A DNA stretch of 64,000 nucleotides, from positions 124,001-188,000 of the forward strand of contig NW_027437431.1 in NCBI RefSeq assembly GCF_964204645.1, in the 5' to 3' direction. The notes under the pieces are model-generated. The model worked only from the letters and a program-made list of their open reading frames with translations. It was not told the DNA's origin and did not search any database. Both the position numbers and the translations under genes were made by a program. The stretch is from Tubulanus polymorphus. Lineage: Eukaryota; Animalia; Nemertea. Shown one piece after another: positions 31,770-44,088 of the stretch (positions within the stretch are counted from its first letter, which is position 1; the number at the start of each line of letters is the position of its first letter).

Positions 31770-33173
31770 ATGGGAACTAAGTCGAGAAACTGGTCGTTCA
31801 CAACCGACAATCGAGCAGAAGTCTGCCTCGAAAGTCAAATCGGAACGTCAACAGTAACCGTACACATAGGTCCGCAAGAAGATCCGGACGGTTACGCGCA
31901 CGGAGTAATAATAACGTTAGCCAAAGGTACGCAACGACCGTTGAAACAGAGCGAAAACGCGATTAGACAACTGTTACACTCGCTAGGCATTAGATTAGTT
32001 AACGACTACATCAAACCGACGGAAAAATTAGGCGCCTACATTCAATACATGTACAAAGAAGCCGACAAAATACCGGAAGAATTACGAGGTCACTTGGAGG
32101 TGAAAAACTCGAAAACGAACGACGACTTTTTCGGCCAAAAGATAAACGCGTTATACGCGGAATACCAACAAAGACCGGGACTAGCCGATTGGACGGCGAG
32201 AATAGTGAAGGAGTTCGGTTACAACGTACCCGAACTGAAAGTGAAAAGATCGTTTAAAAATTGGCCGGTAAGGGTAAAAGATATTACGAGAAACGCGGGT
32301 GACTTTGCGTTGAAAATGACGGACATAACAGAGCCGAAATTGACGCCGGAAATGGGAGTAGAAATTATAACGAAATGCCTGGATAACGTTCAATCGGCGA
32401 TGTGGGATGGTAAACATATAAATAAACGTGACCTGCTGGTAATATTGGTGAACGCGGCGATCGAGGGAGGTACGAGTAAAATCAGAAACGCGCCTCATAT
32501 AATATTTTACGGAGATGCCGGGTCTGGTAAATCGATGTTGGCTAAATTATTGTTCCCGGATTCGATTACGAGCCAAATGCCGACGGATTCGGAAGGCGTA
32601 GGAGCGTGCGAGATGGGAGGAGGACAACGTATATTCAAAGTCGACGACGCCAGCGACGCTTTTTGGCACAACTCGGGGTTGTTGTCGATGATACTCGCGA
32701 TGTACCAGTCCACCTGGGAGGCAAAAGTACATTCTAGTAAACAAAGTAACCCGCCGTGTATGACGGTAATTACGACGAATTGTAAGAATCCGTTAGAGAA
32801 GTTCGCCTCTACAGTAGCTTTGGAAGCTGTGGAAAGGAGATTCTTGTCGGTGTATTTCAAAGGTAAAGCAGATTTGGGAAACGTAGTTTACGACATTACG
32901 CCGGGCGTATGCGAAGAAATATTAGAAATAATAGTTAACGAAATTAGACAAGGTAGATATCTGGACAACCAAGTCCACTTGGACGACTGGGAAACGGATG
33001 ATGACGTGGTGATACCGTTCGAAAAAGAAAGAAACTTCATCGAAGCGTACCACGTAGGTCACATGTCGGACGCGATGCATCAGAATATGGAGGAAAGGTT
33101 AAAACGTAAACGTAAAGAAGAAGACGATACGAATGAAACTCTTAAGTTCGCTAAACGCGGGGAAATCCTGTAG
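31770..33173 (+). CDS. rep: Rep, copy 10
   Basis: Identical protein. Confidence 0.9.
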   Translation: MGTKSRNWSFTTDNRAEVCLESQIGTSTVTVHIGPQEDPDGYAHGVIITLAKGTQRPLKQSENAIRQLLHSLGIRLVNDYIKPTEKLGAYIQYMYKEADKIPEELRGHLEVKNSKTNDDFFGQKINALYAEYQQRPGLADWTARIVKEFGYNVPELKVKRSFKNWPVRVKDITRNAGDFALKMTDITEPKLTPEMGVEIITKCLDNVQSAMWDGKHINKRDLLVILVNAAIEGGTSKIRNAPHIIFYGDAGSGKSMLAKLLFPDSITSQMPTDSEGVGACEMGGGQRIFKVDDASDAFWHNSGLLSMILAMYQSTWEAKVHSSKQSNPPCMTVITTNCKNPLEKFASTVALEAVERRFLSVYFKGKADLGNVVYDITPGVCEEILEIIVNEIRQGRYLDNQVHLDDWETDDDVVIPFEKERNFIEAYHVGHMSDAMHQNMEERLKRKRKEEDDTNETLKFAKRGEIL

Positions 33174-33870
33174 TTGGCAATGTAAATAAATCTATAAATA
33201 GAATTCTATAAATTTCTCAATTCGTTACTACCAGTGGACCCGCAGACCCGCGGACCCACTGGCTGTTCGTTTTTCATGGTCTACCCCCCCTTATATATAT
33301 AATAAGGAAAGAGAAGGAGGGTCCGCGGGTCCGCGGGTCTGCGGTATTCTCTAAACCGAGAATCGAAAAGTTAATGAAACTAGGTCGGAAAGATAACAAA
33401 TTATTATTCAATATATCCTAAAGCTTCTACGAGGTTGGTCACGCGCTCGCTACGCTCGCCAGCGTGACACAACCTCGTGGACGCTCCAAAGATAATGAGT
33501 ATGTGCTTGATAATGAGTGAATTAATTGGGAACCCTATAGCGGGTAAAAGGTAAGAAGTAGAAATTATAGGGTTAGGGGTTATCATTATACTCGGATGCC
33601 CACAGCCCGTGGTGGTCTGTGACAGTGGAGGTTAGTTAAAGTTCGAGGCGTGTGACTAGTCGGGGGGAATAACATAGGCGGCTACGCCGCGATAGTTAGT
33701 CGGCAAGGTCGGCTGCGCCTCCGGCGGTACAGATTACATCTGAGTGTATTAGTCTACCAACGGAAGCCCAAACCCTAAATAATATTAGTCGGAAAAATCT
33801 GAGTTAGAGGGTCGCAACCGGTTCAAACAATTTAACATCTCATACAGGTGACTCGTACTTTTAGTATCAA

Positions 33871-34953
33871 ATGCCATCGTTGAAACGGAGGCGAAACGGA
33901 TTTACATTGCCCGGTTTACCACATTGCGGTCCATTCAACGATATATCCAGTTACAAAAGCGAAGGAATAGACGAAGTGTGCCGTATTCACGACAAAGAGT
34001 ACGGAGAACTGCAAGAGAAATACGGTAAATGGGCTCCGTACTTCCAGTACAATTCAGCGGATCAGACATTTTTGGACAGTGCTTCGGGTGTGAACGGTGT
34101 AGGTGCGAGACTAACGTCGAGTGTATTCAGAGCAAAACGGGCGTTATTTCCAACAATGGCGGAAGAACCGGCATTAAAAAGATCAAAGAGAACGGCGGAA
34201 ACGGGGAGCGAAGAAGGGAACGCCCAACAAATGATGACTCACATGACGGAAAAGCCGTCAATACACTATAAGAGCGTGTTAATACATAGAGGTTACCTAA
34301 CGTTTACGAATTGGGATCCGGACCAGGCGTACGGAGCATTCGGAAGAAAAGCGAAGATTTACTGTTCGGGAATGAGAACGTTTAACTTCGGATTAAAAGA
34401 AAGAGAAGGATGGAGAAGATTTCCAGCCAGCATGGATACCATAGGGATGTGGGATCAATTCAAAGTGACTTCGGGTAAAATAACGTTATACCCCATAGCG
34501 AGCGAAAGCGCGGTAAGCTCTGATTCGAACGCGTTCCAAGATCCGATAGTATGGTTAAAGACGGCAGCCGATTGGGACTTGAAAGTGAAAGACTCGGCCG
34601 CCAATACTCACCAGGGATCGCCGTACGCCGATATAAATTTATTAACTCAAAAGCAAAGCTACAGGCAATACGAATTAGGTCGGGGATGCGTTAGCATGGG
34701 ATTACCCATGTCGACCATAAGAACCGAAATACAAGACACGAGTGACCCGACAGACGTTACCAGATCGGTGAATATCGGGGATAACTCGGCGTGGTTAGAC
34801 GGAGCGTACCGCGATCATTGGCAATCAGCCGCGCTCATTATGCAAATGTTAGTGTACAACGATTCGATACACGCGGATTTAAACACGCCCCATACAGAAA
34901 TTATCGTTCCAGCGGAAGTGGAGTTTACGATGATTCATAGAAACAGAGTATAA
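33871..34953 (+). CDS. PLA2-capsid protein, copy 11 (L131I)
   Basis: C>A at 34261. Confidence 0.88.
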   Translation: MPSLKRRRNGFTLPGLPHCGPFNDISSYKSEGIDEVCRIHDKEYGELQEKYGKWAPYFQYNSADQTFLDSASGVNGVGARLTSSVFRAKRALFPTMAEEPALKRSKRTAETGSEEGNAQQMMTHMTEKPSIHYKSVLIHRGYLTFTNWDPDQAYGAFGRKAKIYCSGMRTFNFGLKEREGWRRFPASMDTIGMWDQFKVTSGKITLYPIASESAVSSDSNAFQDPIVWLKTAADWDLKVKDSAANTHQGSPYADINLLTQKQSYRQYELGRGCVSMGLPMSTIRTEIQDTSDPTDVTRSVNIGDNSAWLDGAYRDHWQSAALIMQMLVYNDSIHADLNTPHTEIIVPAEVEFTMIHRNRV

Positions 34954-35175
34954 TATGATAATAACTTTCCTATTCTTGGCATCCGGTTTCCTACACGAGT
35001 ACAAGTGGCACGTATATACTAAACGTATCATGAGTAGAACGCAACGATTCATGAAAATAAGAGACGAAGTGGCGAACGAGTGGGTCATCAAACACGACGT
35101 CAACGAAAATCGGGTACTAAGGGAACAACACATTACAGAAGTAGCGAAAAGGATATTCTACTACCGGGAAAAACA

Positions 35176-36579
35176 ATGGGAACTAAGTCGAGAAACTGGT
35201 CGTTCACAACCGACAATCGAGCAGAAGTCTGCCTCGAAAGTCAAATCGGAACGTCAACAGTAACCGTACACATAGGTCCGCAAGAAGATCCGGACGGTTA
35301 CGCGCACGGAGTAATAATAACGTTAGCCAAAGGTACGCAACGACCGTTGAAACAGAGCGAAAACGCGATTAGACAACTGTTACACTCGCTAGGCATTAGA
35401 TTAGTTAACGACTACATCAAACCGACGGAAAAATTAGGCGCCTACATTCAATACATGTACAAAGAAGCCGACAAAATACCGGAAGAATTACGAGGTCACT
35501 TGGAGGTGAAAAACTCGAAAACGAACGACGACTTTTTCGGCCAAAAGATAAACGCGTTATACGCGGAATACCAACAAAGACCGGGACTAGCCGATTGGAC
35601 GGCGAGAATAGTGAAGGAGTTCGGTTACAACGTACCCGAACTGAAAGTGAAAAGATCGTTTAAAAATTGGCCGGTAAGGGTAAAAGATATTACGAGAAAC
35701 GCGGGTGACTTTGCGTTGAAAATGACGGACATAACAGAGCCGAAATTGACGCCGGAAATGGGAGTAGAAATTATAACGAAATGCCTGGATAACGTTCAAT
35801 CGGCGATGTGGGATGGTAAACATATAAATAAACGTGACCTGCTGGTAATATTGGTGAACGCGGCGATCGAGGGAGGTACGAGTAAAATCAGAAACGCGCC
35901 TCATATAATATTTTACGGAGATGCCGGGTCTGGTAAATCGATGTTGGCTAAATTATTGTTCCCGGATTCGATTACGAGCCAAATGCCGACGGATTCGGAA
36001 GGCGTAGGAGCGTGCGAGATGGGAGGAGGACAACGTATATTCAAAGTCGACGACGCCAGCGACGCTTTTTGGCACAACTCGGGGTTGTTGTCGATGATAC
36101 TCGCGATGTACCAGTCCACCTGGGAGGCAAAAGTACATTCTAGTAAACAAAGTAACCCGCCGTGTATGACGGTAATTACGACGAATTGTAAGAATCCGTT
36201 AGAGAAGTTCGCCTCTACAGTAGCTTTGGAAGCTGTGGAAAGGAGATTCTTGTCGGTGTATTTCAAAGGTAAAGCAGATTTGGGAAACGTAGTTTACGAC
36301 ATTACGCCGGGCGTATGCGAAGAAATATTAGAAATAATAGTTAACGAAATTAGACAAGGTAGATATCTGGACAACCAAGTCCACTTGGACGACTGGGAAA
36401 CGGATGATGACGTGGTGATACCGTTCGAAAAAGAAAGAAACTTCATCGAAGCGTACCACGTAGGTCACATGTCGGACGCGATGCATCAGAATATGGAGGA
36501 AAGGTTAAAACGTAAACGTAAAGAAGAAGACGATACGAATGAAACTCTTAAGTTCGCTAAACGCGGGGAAATCCTGTAG
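35176..36579 (+). CDS. rep: Rep, copy 11
   Basis: Identical protein. Confidence 0.9.
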   Translation: MGTKSRNWSFTTDNRAEVCLESQIGTSTVTVHIGPQEDPDGYAHGVIITLAKGTQRPLKQSENAIRQLLHSLGIRLVNDYIKPTEKLGAYIQYMYKEADKIPEELRGHLEVKNSKTNDDFFGQKINALYAEYQQRPGLADWTARIVKEFGYNVPELKVKRSFKNWPVRVKDITRNAGDFALKMTDITEPKLTPEMGVEIITKCLDNVQSAMWDGKHINKRDLLVILVNAAIEGGTSKIRNAPHIIFYGDAGSGKSMLAKLLFPDSITSQMPTDSEGVGACEMGGGQRIFKVDDASDAFWHNSGLLSMILAMYQSTWEAKVHSSKQSNPPCMTVITTNCKNPLEKFASTVALEAVERRFLSVYFKGKADLGNVVYDITPGVCEEILEIIVNEIRQGRYLDNQVHLDDWETDDDVVIPFEKERNFIEAYHVGHMSDAMHQNMEERLKRKRKEEDDTNETLKFAKRGEIL

Positions 36580-37276
36580 TTGGCAATGTAAATAAATCTA
36601 TAAATAGAATTCTATAAATTTCTCAATTCGTTACTACCAGTGGACCCGCAGACCCGCGGACCCACTGGCTGTTCGTTTTTCATGGTCTACCCCCCCTTAT
36701 ATATATAATAAGGAAAGAGAAGGAGGGTCCGCGGGTCCGCGGGTCTGCGGTATTCTCTAAACCGAGAATCGAAAAGTTAATGAAACTAGGTCGGAAAGAT
36801 AACAAATTATTATTCAATATATCCTAAAGCTTCTACGAGGTTGGTCACGCGCTCGCTACGCTCGCCAGCGTGACACAACCTCGTGGACGCTCCAAAGATA
36901 ATGAGTATGTGCTTGATAATGAGTGAATTAATTGGGAACCCTATAGCGGGTAAAAGGTAAGAAGTAGAAATTATAGGGTTAGGGGTTATCATTATACTCG
37001 GATGCCCACAGCCCGTGGTGGTCTGTGACAGTGGAGGTTAGTTAAAGTTCGAGGCGTGTGACTAGTCGGGGGGAATAACATAGGCGGCTACGCCGCGATA
37101 GTTAGTCGGCAAGGTCGGCTGCGCCTCCGGCGGTACAGATTACATCTGAGTGTATTAGTCTACCAACGGAAGCCCAAACCCTAAATAATATTAGTCGGAA
37201 AAATCTGAGTTAGAGGGTCGCAACCGGTTCAAACAATTTAACATCTCATACAGGTGACTCGTACTTTTAGTATCAA

Positions 37277-38359
37277 ATGCCATCGTTGAAACGGAGGCGA
37301 AACGGATTTACATTGCCCGGTTTACCACATTGCGGTCCATTCAACGATATATCCAGTTACAAAAGCGAAGGAATAGACGAAGTGTGCCGTATTCACGACA
37401 AAGAGTACGGAGAACTGCAAGAGAAATACGGTAAATGGGCTCCGTACTTCCAGTACAATTCAGCGGATCAGACATTTTTGGACAGTGCTTCGGGTGTGAA
37501 CGGTGTAGGTGCGAGACTAACGTCGAGTGTATTCAGAGCAAAACGGGCGTTATTTCCAACAATGGCGGAAGAACCGGCATTAAAAAGATCAAAGAGAACG
37601 GCGGAAACGGGGAGCGAAGAAGGGAACGCCCAACAAATGATGACTCACATGACGGAAAAGCCGTCACTACACTATAAGAGCGTGTTAATACATAGAGGTT
37701 ACCTAACGTTTACGAATTGGGATCCGGACCAGGCGTACGGAGCATTCGGAAGAAAAGCGAAGATTTACTGTTCGGGAATGAGAACGTTTAACTTCGGATT
37801 AAAAGAAAGAGAAGGATGGAGAAGATTTCCAGCCAGCATGGATACCATAGGGATGTGGGATCAATTCAAAGTGACTTCGGGTAAAATAACGTTATACCCC
37901 ATAGCGAGCGAAAGCGCGGTAAGCTCTGATTCGAACGCGTTCCAAGATCCGATAGTATGGTTAAAGACGGCAGCCGATTGGGACTTGAAAGTGAAAGACT
38001 CGGCCGCCAATACTCACCAGGGATCGCCGTACGCCGATATAAATTTATTAACTCAAAAGCAAAGCTACAGGCAATACGAATTAGGTCGGGGATGCGTTAG
38101 CATGGGATTACCCATGTCGACCATAAGAACCGAAATACAAGACACGAGTGACCCGACAGACGTTACCAGATCGGTGAATATCGGGGATAACTCGGCGTGG
38201 TTAGACGGAGCGTACCGCGATCATTGGCAATCAGCCGCGCTCATTATGCAAATGTTAGTGTACAACGATTCGATACACGCGGATTTAAACACGCCCCATA
38301 CAGAAATTATCGTTCCAGCGGAAGTGGAGTTTACGATGATTCATAGAAACAGAGTATAA
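37277..38359 (+). CDS. PLA2-capsid protein, copy 12
   Basis: Identical protein. Confidence 0.88.
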   Translation: MPSLKRRRNGFTLPGLPHCGPFNDISSYKSEGIDEVCRIHDKEYGELQEKYGKWAPYFQYNSADQTFLDSASGVNGVGARLTSSVFRAKRALFPTMAEEPALKRSKRTAETGSEEGNAQQMMTHMTEKPSLHYKSVLIHRGYLTFTNWDPDQAYGAFGRKAKIYCSGMRTFNFGLKEREGWRRFPASMDTIGMWDQFKVTSGKITLYPIASESAVSSDSNAFQDPIVWLKTAADWDLKVKDSAANTHQGSPYADINLLTQKQSYRQYELGRGCVSMGLPMSTIRTEIQDTSDPTDVTRSVNIGDNSAWLDGAYRDHWQSAALIMQMLVYNDSIHADLNTPHTEIIVPAEVEFTMIHRNRV

Positions 38360-38581
38360 TATGATAATAACTTTCCTATTCTTGGCATCCGGTTTCCTAC
38401 ACGAGTACAAGTGGCACGTATATACTAAACGTATCATGAGTAGAACGCAACGATTCATGAAAATAAGAGACGAAGTGGCGAACGAGTGGGTCATCAAACA
38501 CGACGTCAACGAAAATCGGGTACTAAGGGAACAACACATTACAGAAGTAGCGAAAAGGATATTCTACTACCGGGAAAAACA

Positions 38582-39985
38582 ATGGGAACTAAGTCGAGAA
38601 ACTGGTCGTTCACAACCGACAATCGAGCAGAAGTCTGCCTCGAAAGTCAAATCGGAACGTCAACAGTAACCGTACACATAGGTCCGCAAGAAGATCCGGA
38701 CGGTTACGCGCACGGAGTAATAATAACGTTAGCCAAAGGTACGCAACGACCGTTGAAACAGAGCGAAAACGCGATTAGACAACTGTTACACTCGCTAGGC
38801 ATTAGATTAGTTAACGACTACATCAAACCGACGGAAAAATTAGGCGCCTACATTCAATACATGTACAAAGAAGCCGACAAAATACCGGAAGAATTACGAG
38901 GTCACTTGGAGGTGAAAAACTCGAAAACGAACGACGACTTTTTCGGCCAAAAGATAAACGCGTTATACGCGGAATACCAACAAAGACCGGGACTAGCCGA
39001 TTGGACGGCGAGAATAGTGAAGGAGTTCGGTTACAACGTACCCGAACTGAAAGTGAAAAGATCGTTTAAAAATTGGCCGGTAAGGGTAAAAGATATTACG
39101 AGAAACGCGGGTGACTTTGCGTTGAAAATGACGGACATAACAGAGCCGAAATTGACGCCGGAAATGGGAGTAGAAATTATAACGAAATGCCTGGATAACG
39201 TTCAATCGGCGATGTGGGATGGTAAACATATAAATAAACGTGACCTGCTGGTAATATTGGTGAACGCGGCGATCGAGGGAGGTACGAGTAAAATCAGAAA
39301 CGCGCCTCATATAATATTTTACGGAGATGCCGGGTCTGGTAAATCGATGTTGGCTAAATTATTGTTCCCGGATTCGATTACGAGCCAAATGCCGACGGAT
39401 TCGGAAGGCGTAGGAGCGTGCGAGATGGGAGGAGGACAACGTATATTCAAAGTCGACGACGCCAGCGACGCTTTTTGGCACAACTCGGGGTTGTTGTCGA
39501 TGATACTCGCGATGTACCAGTCCACCTGGGAGGCAAAAGTACATTCTAGTAAACAAAGTAACCCGCCGTGTATGACGGTAATTACGACGAATTGTAAGAA
39601 TCCGTTAGAGAAGTTCGCCTCTACAGTAGCTTTGGAAGCTGTGGAAAGGAGATTCTTGTCGGTGTATTTCAAAGGTAAAGCAGATTTGGGAAACGTAGTT
39701 TACGACATTACGCCGGGCGTATGCGAAGAAATATTAGAAATAATAGTTAACGAAATTAGACAAGGTAGATATCTGGACAACCAAGTCCACTTGGACGACT
39801 GGGAAACGGATGATGACGTGGTGATACCGTTCGAAAAAGAAAGAAACTTCATCGAAGCGTACCACGTAGGTCACATGTCGGACGCGATGCATCAGAATAT
39901 GGAGGAAAGGTTAAAACGTAAACGTAAAGAAGAAGACGATACGAATGAAACTCTTAAGTTCGCTAAACGCGGGGAAATCCTGTAG
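38582..39985 (+). CDS. rep: Rep, copy 12
   Basis: Identical protein. Confidence 0.9.
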   Translation: MGTKSRNWSFTTDNRAEVCLESQIGTSTVTVHIGPQEDPDGYAHGVIITLAKGTQRPLKQSENAIRQLLHSLGIRLVNDYIKPTEKLGAYIQYMYKEADKIPEELRGHLEVKNSKTNDDFFGQKINALYAEYQQRPGLADWTARIVKEFGYNVPELKVKRSFKNWPVRVKDITRNAGDFALKMTDITEPKLTPEMGVEIITKCLDNVQSAMWDGKHINKRDLLVILVNAAIEGGTSKIRNAPHIIFYGDAGSGKSMLAKLLFPDSITSQMPTDSEGVGACEMGGGQRIFKVDDASDAFWHNSGLLSMILAMYQSTWEAKVHSSKQSNPPCMTVITTNCKNPLEKFASTVALEAVERRFLSVYFKGKADLGNVVYDITPGVCEEILEIIVNEIRQGRYLDNQVHLDDWETDDDVVIPFEKERNFIEAYHVGHMSDAMHQNMEERLKRKRKEEDDTNETLKFAKRGEIL

Positions 39986-40682
39986 TTGGCAATGTAAATA
40001 AATCTATAAATAGAATTCTATAAATTTCTCAATTCGTTACTACCAGTGGACCCGCAGACCCGCGGACCCACTGGCTGTTCGTTTTTCATGGTCTACCCCC
40101 CCTTATATATATAATAAGGAAAGAGAAGGAGGGTCCGCGGGTCCGCGGGTCTGCGGTATTCTCTAAACCGAGAATCGAAAAGTTAATGAAACTAGGTCGG
40201 AAAGATAACAAATTATTATTCAATATATCCTAAAGCTTCTACGAGGTTGGTCACGCGCTCGCTACGCTCGCCAGCGTGACACAACCTCGTGGACGCTCCA
40301 AAGATAATGAGTATGTGCTTGATAATGAGTGAATTAATTGGGAACCCTATAGCGGGTAAAAGGTAAGAAGTAGAAATTATAGGGTTAGGGGTTATCATTA
40401 TACTCGGATGCCCACAGCCCGTGGTGGTCTGTGACAGTGGAGGTTAGTTAAAGTTCGAGGCGTGTGACTAGTCGGGGGGAATAACATAGGCGGCTACGCC
40501 GCGATAGTTAGTCGGCAAGGTCGGCTGCGCCTCCGGCGGTACAGATTACATCTGAGTGTATTAGTCTACCAACGGAAGCCCAAACCCTAAATAATATTAG
40601 TCGGAAAAATCTGAGTTAGAGGGTCGCAACCGGTTCAAACAATTTAACATCTCATACAGGTGACTCGTACTTTTAGTATCAA

Positions 40683-41765
40683 ATGCCATCGTTGAAACGG
40701 AGGCGAAACGGATTTACATTGCCCGGTTTACCACATTGCGGTCCATTCAACGATATATCCAGTTACAAAAGCGAAGGAATAGACGAAGTGTGCCGTATTC
40801 ACGACAAAGAGTACGGAGAACTGCAAGAGAAATACGGTAAATGGGCTCCGTACTTCCAGTACAATTCAGCGGATCAGACATTTTTGGACAGTGCTTCGGG
40901 TGTGAACGGTGTAGGTGCGAGACTAACGTCGAGTGTATTCAGAGCAAAACGGGCGTTATTTCCAACAATGGCGGAAGAACCGGCATTAAAAAGATCAAAG
41001 AGAACGGCGGAAACGGGGAGCGAAGAAGGGAACGCCCAACAAATGATGACTCACATGACGGAAAAGCCGTCACTACACTATAAGAGCGTGTTAATACATA
41101 GAGGTTACCTAACGTTTACGAATTGGGATCCGGACCAGGCGTACGGAGCATTCGGAAGAAAAGCGAAGATTTACTGTTCGGGAATGAGAACGTTTAACTT
41201 CGGATTAAAAGAAAGAGAAGGATGGAGAAGATTTCCAGCCAGCATGGATACCATAGGGATGTGGGATCAATTCAAAGTGACTTCGGGTAAAATAACGTTA
41301 TACCCCATAGCGAGCGAAAGCGCGGTAAGCTCTGATTCGAACGCGTTCCAAGATCCGATAGTATGGTTAAAGACGGCAGCCGATTGGGACTTGAAAGTGA
41401 AAGACTCGGCCGCCAATACTCACCAGGGATCGCCGTACGCCGATATAAATTTATTAACTCAAAAGCAAAGCTACAGGCAATACGAATTAGGTCGGGGATG
41501 CGTTAGCATGGGATTACCCATGTCGACCATAAGAACCGAAATACAAGACACGAGTGACCCGACAGACGTTACCAGATCGGTGAATATCGGGGATAACTCG
41601 GCGTGGTTAGACGGAGCGTACCGCGATCATTGGCAATCAGCCGCGCTCATTATGCAAATGTTAGTCTACAACGATTCGATACACGCGGATTTAAACACGC
41701 CCCATACAGAAATTATCGTTCCAGCGGAAGTGGAGTTTACGATGATTCATAGAAACAGAGTATAA
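40683..41765 (+). CDS. PLA2-capsid protein, copy 13
   Basis: Identical protein; synonymous G>C at 41666. Confidence 0.88.
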   Translation: MPSLKRRRNGFTLPGLPHCGPFNDISSYKSEGIDEVCRIHDKEYGELQEKYGKWAPYFQYNSADQTFLDSASGVNGVGARLTSSVFRAKRALFPTMAEEPALKRSKRTAETGSEEGNAQQMMTHMTEKPSLHYKSVLIHRGYLTFTNWDPDQAYGAFGRKAKIYCSGMRTFNFGLKEREGWRRFPASMDTIGMWDQFKVTSGKITLYPIASESAVSSDSNAFQDPIVWLKTAADWDLKVKDSAANTHQGSPYADINLLTQKQSYRQYELGRGCVSMGLPMSTIRTEIQDTSDPTDVTRSVNIGDNSAWLDGAYRDHWQSAALIMQMLVYNDSIHADLNTPHTEIIVPAEVEFTMIHRNRV

Positions 41766-41987
41766 TATGATAATAACTTTCCTATTCTTGGCATCCGGTT
41801 TCCTACACGAGTACAAGTGGCACGTATATACTAAACGTATCATGAGTAGAACGCAACGATTCATGAAAATAAGAGACGAAGTGGCGAACGAGTGGGTCAT
41901 CAAACACGACGTCAACGAAAATCGGGTACTAAGGGAACAACACATTACAGAAGTAGCGAAAAGGATATTCTACTACCGGGAAAAACA

Positions 41988-43391
41988 ATGGGAACTAAGT
42001 CGAGAAACTGGTCGTTCACAACCGACAATCGAGCAGAAGTCTGCCTCGAAAGTCAAATCGGAACGTCAACAGTAACCGTACACATAGGTCCGCAAGAAGA
42101 TCCGGACGGTTACGCGCACGGAGTAATAATAACGTTAGCCAAAGGTACGCAACGACCGTTGAAACAGAGCGAAAACGCGATTAGACAACTGTTACACTCG
42201 CTAGGCATTAGATTAGTTAACGACTACATCAAACCGACGGAAAAATTAGGCGCCTACATTCAATACATGTACAAAGAAGCCGACAAAATACCGGAAGAAT
42301 TACGAGGTCACTTGGAGGTGAAAAACTCGAAAACGAACGACGACTTTTTCGGCCAAAAGATAAACGCGTTATACGCGGAATACCAACAAAGACCGGGACT
42401 AGCCGATTGGACGGCGAGAATAGTGAAGGAGTTCGGTTACAACGTACCCGAACTGAAAGTGAAAAGATCGTTTAAAAATTGGCCGGTAAGGGTAAAAGAT
42501 ATTACGAGAAACGCGGGTGACTTTGCGTTGAAAATGACGGACATAACAGAGCCGAAATTGACGCCGGAAATGGGAGTAGAAATTATAACGAAATGCCTGG
42601 ATAACGTTCAATCGGCGATGTGGGATGGTAAACATATAAATAAACGTGACCTGCTGGTAATATTGGTGAACGCGGCGATCGAGGGAGGTACGAGTAAAAT
42701 CAGAAACGCGCCTCATATAATATTTTACGGAGATGCCGGGTCTGGTAAATCGATGTTGGCTAAATTATTGTTCCCGGATTCGATTACGAGCCAAATGCCG
42801 ACGGATTCGGAAGGCGTAGGAGCGTGCGAGATGGGAGGAGGACAACGTATATTCAAAGTCGACGACGCCAGCGACGCTTTTTGGCACAACTCGGGGTTGT
42901 TGTCGATGATACTCGCGATGTACCAGTCCACCTGGGAGGCAAAAGTACATTCTAGTAAACAAAGTAACCCGCCGTGTATGACGGTAATTACGACGAATTG
43001 TAAGAATCCGTTAGAGAAGTTCGCCTCTACAGTAGCTTTGGAAGCTGTGGAAAGGAGATTCTTGTCGGTGTATTTCAAAGGTAAAGCAGATTTGGGAAAC
43101 GTAGTTTACGACATTACGCCGGGCGTATGCGAAGAAATATTAGAAATAATAGTTAACGAAATTAGACAAGGTAGATATCTGGACAACCAAGTCCACTTGG
43201 ACGACTGGGAAACGGATGATGACGTGGTGATACCGTTCGAAAAAGAAAGAAACTTCATCGAAGCGTACCACGTAGGTCACATGTCGGACGCGATGCATCA
43301 GAATATGGAGGAAAGGTTAAAACGTAAACGTAAAGAAGAAGACGATACGAATGAAACTCTTAAGTTCGCTAAACGCGGGGAAATCCTGTAG
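41988..43391 (+). CDS. rep: Rep, copy 13
   Basis: Identical protein. Confidence 0.9.
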   Translation: MGTKSRNWSFTTDNRAEVCLESQIGTSTVTVHIGPQEDPDGYAHGVIITLAKGTQRPLKQSENAIRQLLHSLGIRLVNDYIKPTEKLGAYIQYMYKEADKIPEELRGHLEVKNSKTNDDFFGQKINALYAEYQQRPGLADWTARIVKEFGYNVPELKVKRSFKNWPVRVKDITRNAGDFALKMTDITEPKLTPEMGVEIITKCLDNVQSAMWDGKHINKRDLLVILVNAAIEGGTSKIRNAPHIIFYGDAGSGKSMLAKLLFPDSITSQMPTDSEGVGACEMGGGQRIFKVDDASDAFWHNSGLLSMILAMYQSTWEAKVHSSKQSNPPCMTVITTNCKNPLEKFASTVALEAVERRFLSVYFKGKADLGNVVYDITPGVCEEILEIIVNEIRQGRYLDNQVHLDDWETDDDVVIPFEKERNFIEAYHVGHMSDAMHQNMEERLKRKRKEEDDTNETLKFAKRGEIL

Positions 43392-44088
43392 TTGGCAATG
43401 TAAATAAATCTATAAATAGAATTCTATAAATTTCTCAATTCGTTACTACCAGTGGACCCGCAGACCCGCGGACCCACTGGCTGTTCGTTTTTCATGGTCT
43501 ACCCCCCCTTATATATATAATAAGGAAAGAGAAGGAGGGTCCGCGGGTCCGCGGGTCTGCGGTATTCTCTAAACCGAGAATCGAAAAGTTAATGAAACTA
43601 GGTCGGAAAGATAACAAATTATTATTCAATATATCCTAAAGCTTCTACGAGGTTGGTCACGCGCTCGCTACGCTCGCCAGCGTGACACAACCTCGTGGAC
43701 GCTCCAAAGATAATGAGTATGTGCTTGATAATGAGTGAATTAATTGGGAACCCTATAGCGGGTAAAAGGTAAGAAGTAGAAATTATAGGGTTAGGGGTTA
43801 TCATTATACTCGGATGCCCACAGCCCGTGGTGGTCTGTGACAGTGGAGGTTAGTTAAAGTTCGAGGCGTGTGACTAGTCGGGGGGAATAACATAGGCGGC
43901 TACGCCGCGATAGTTAGTCGGCAAGGTCGGCTGCGCCTCCGGCGGTACAGATTACATCTGAGTGTATTAGTCTACCAACGGAAGCCCAAACCCTAAATAA
44001 TATTAGTCGGAAAAATCTGAGTTAGAGGGTCGCAACCGGTTCAAACAATTTAACATCTCATACAGGTGACTCGTACTTTTAGTATCAA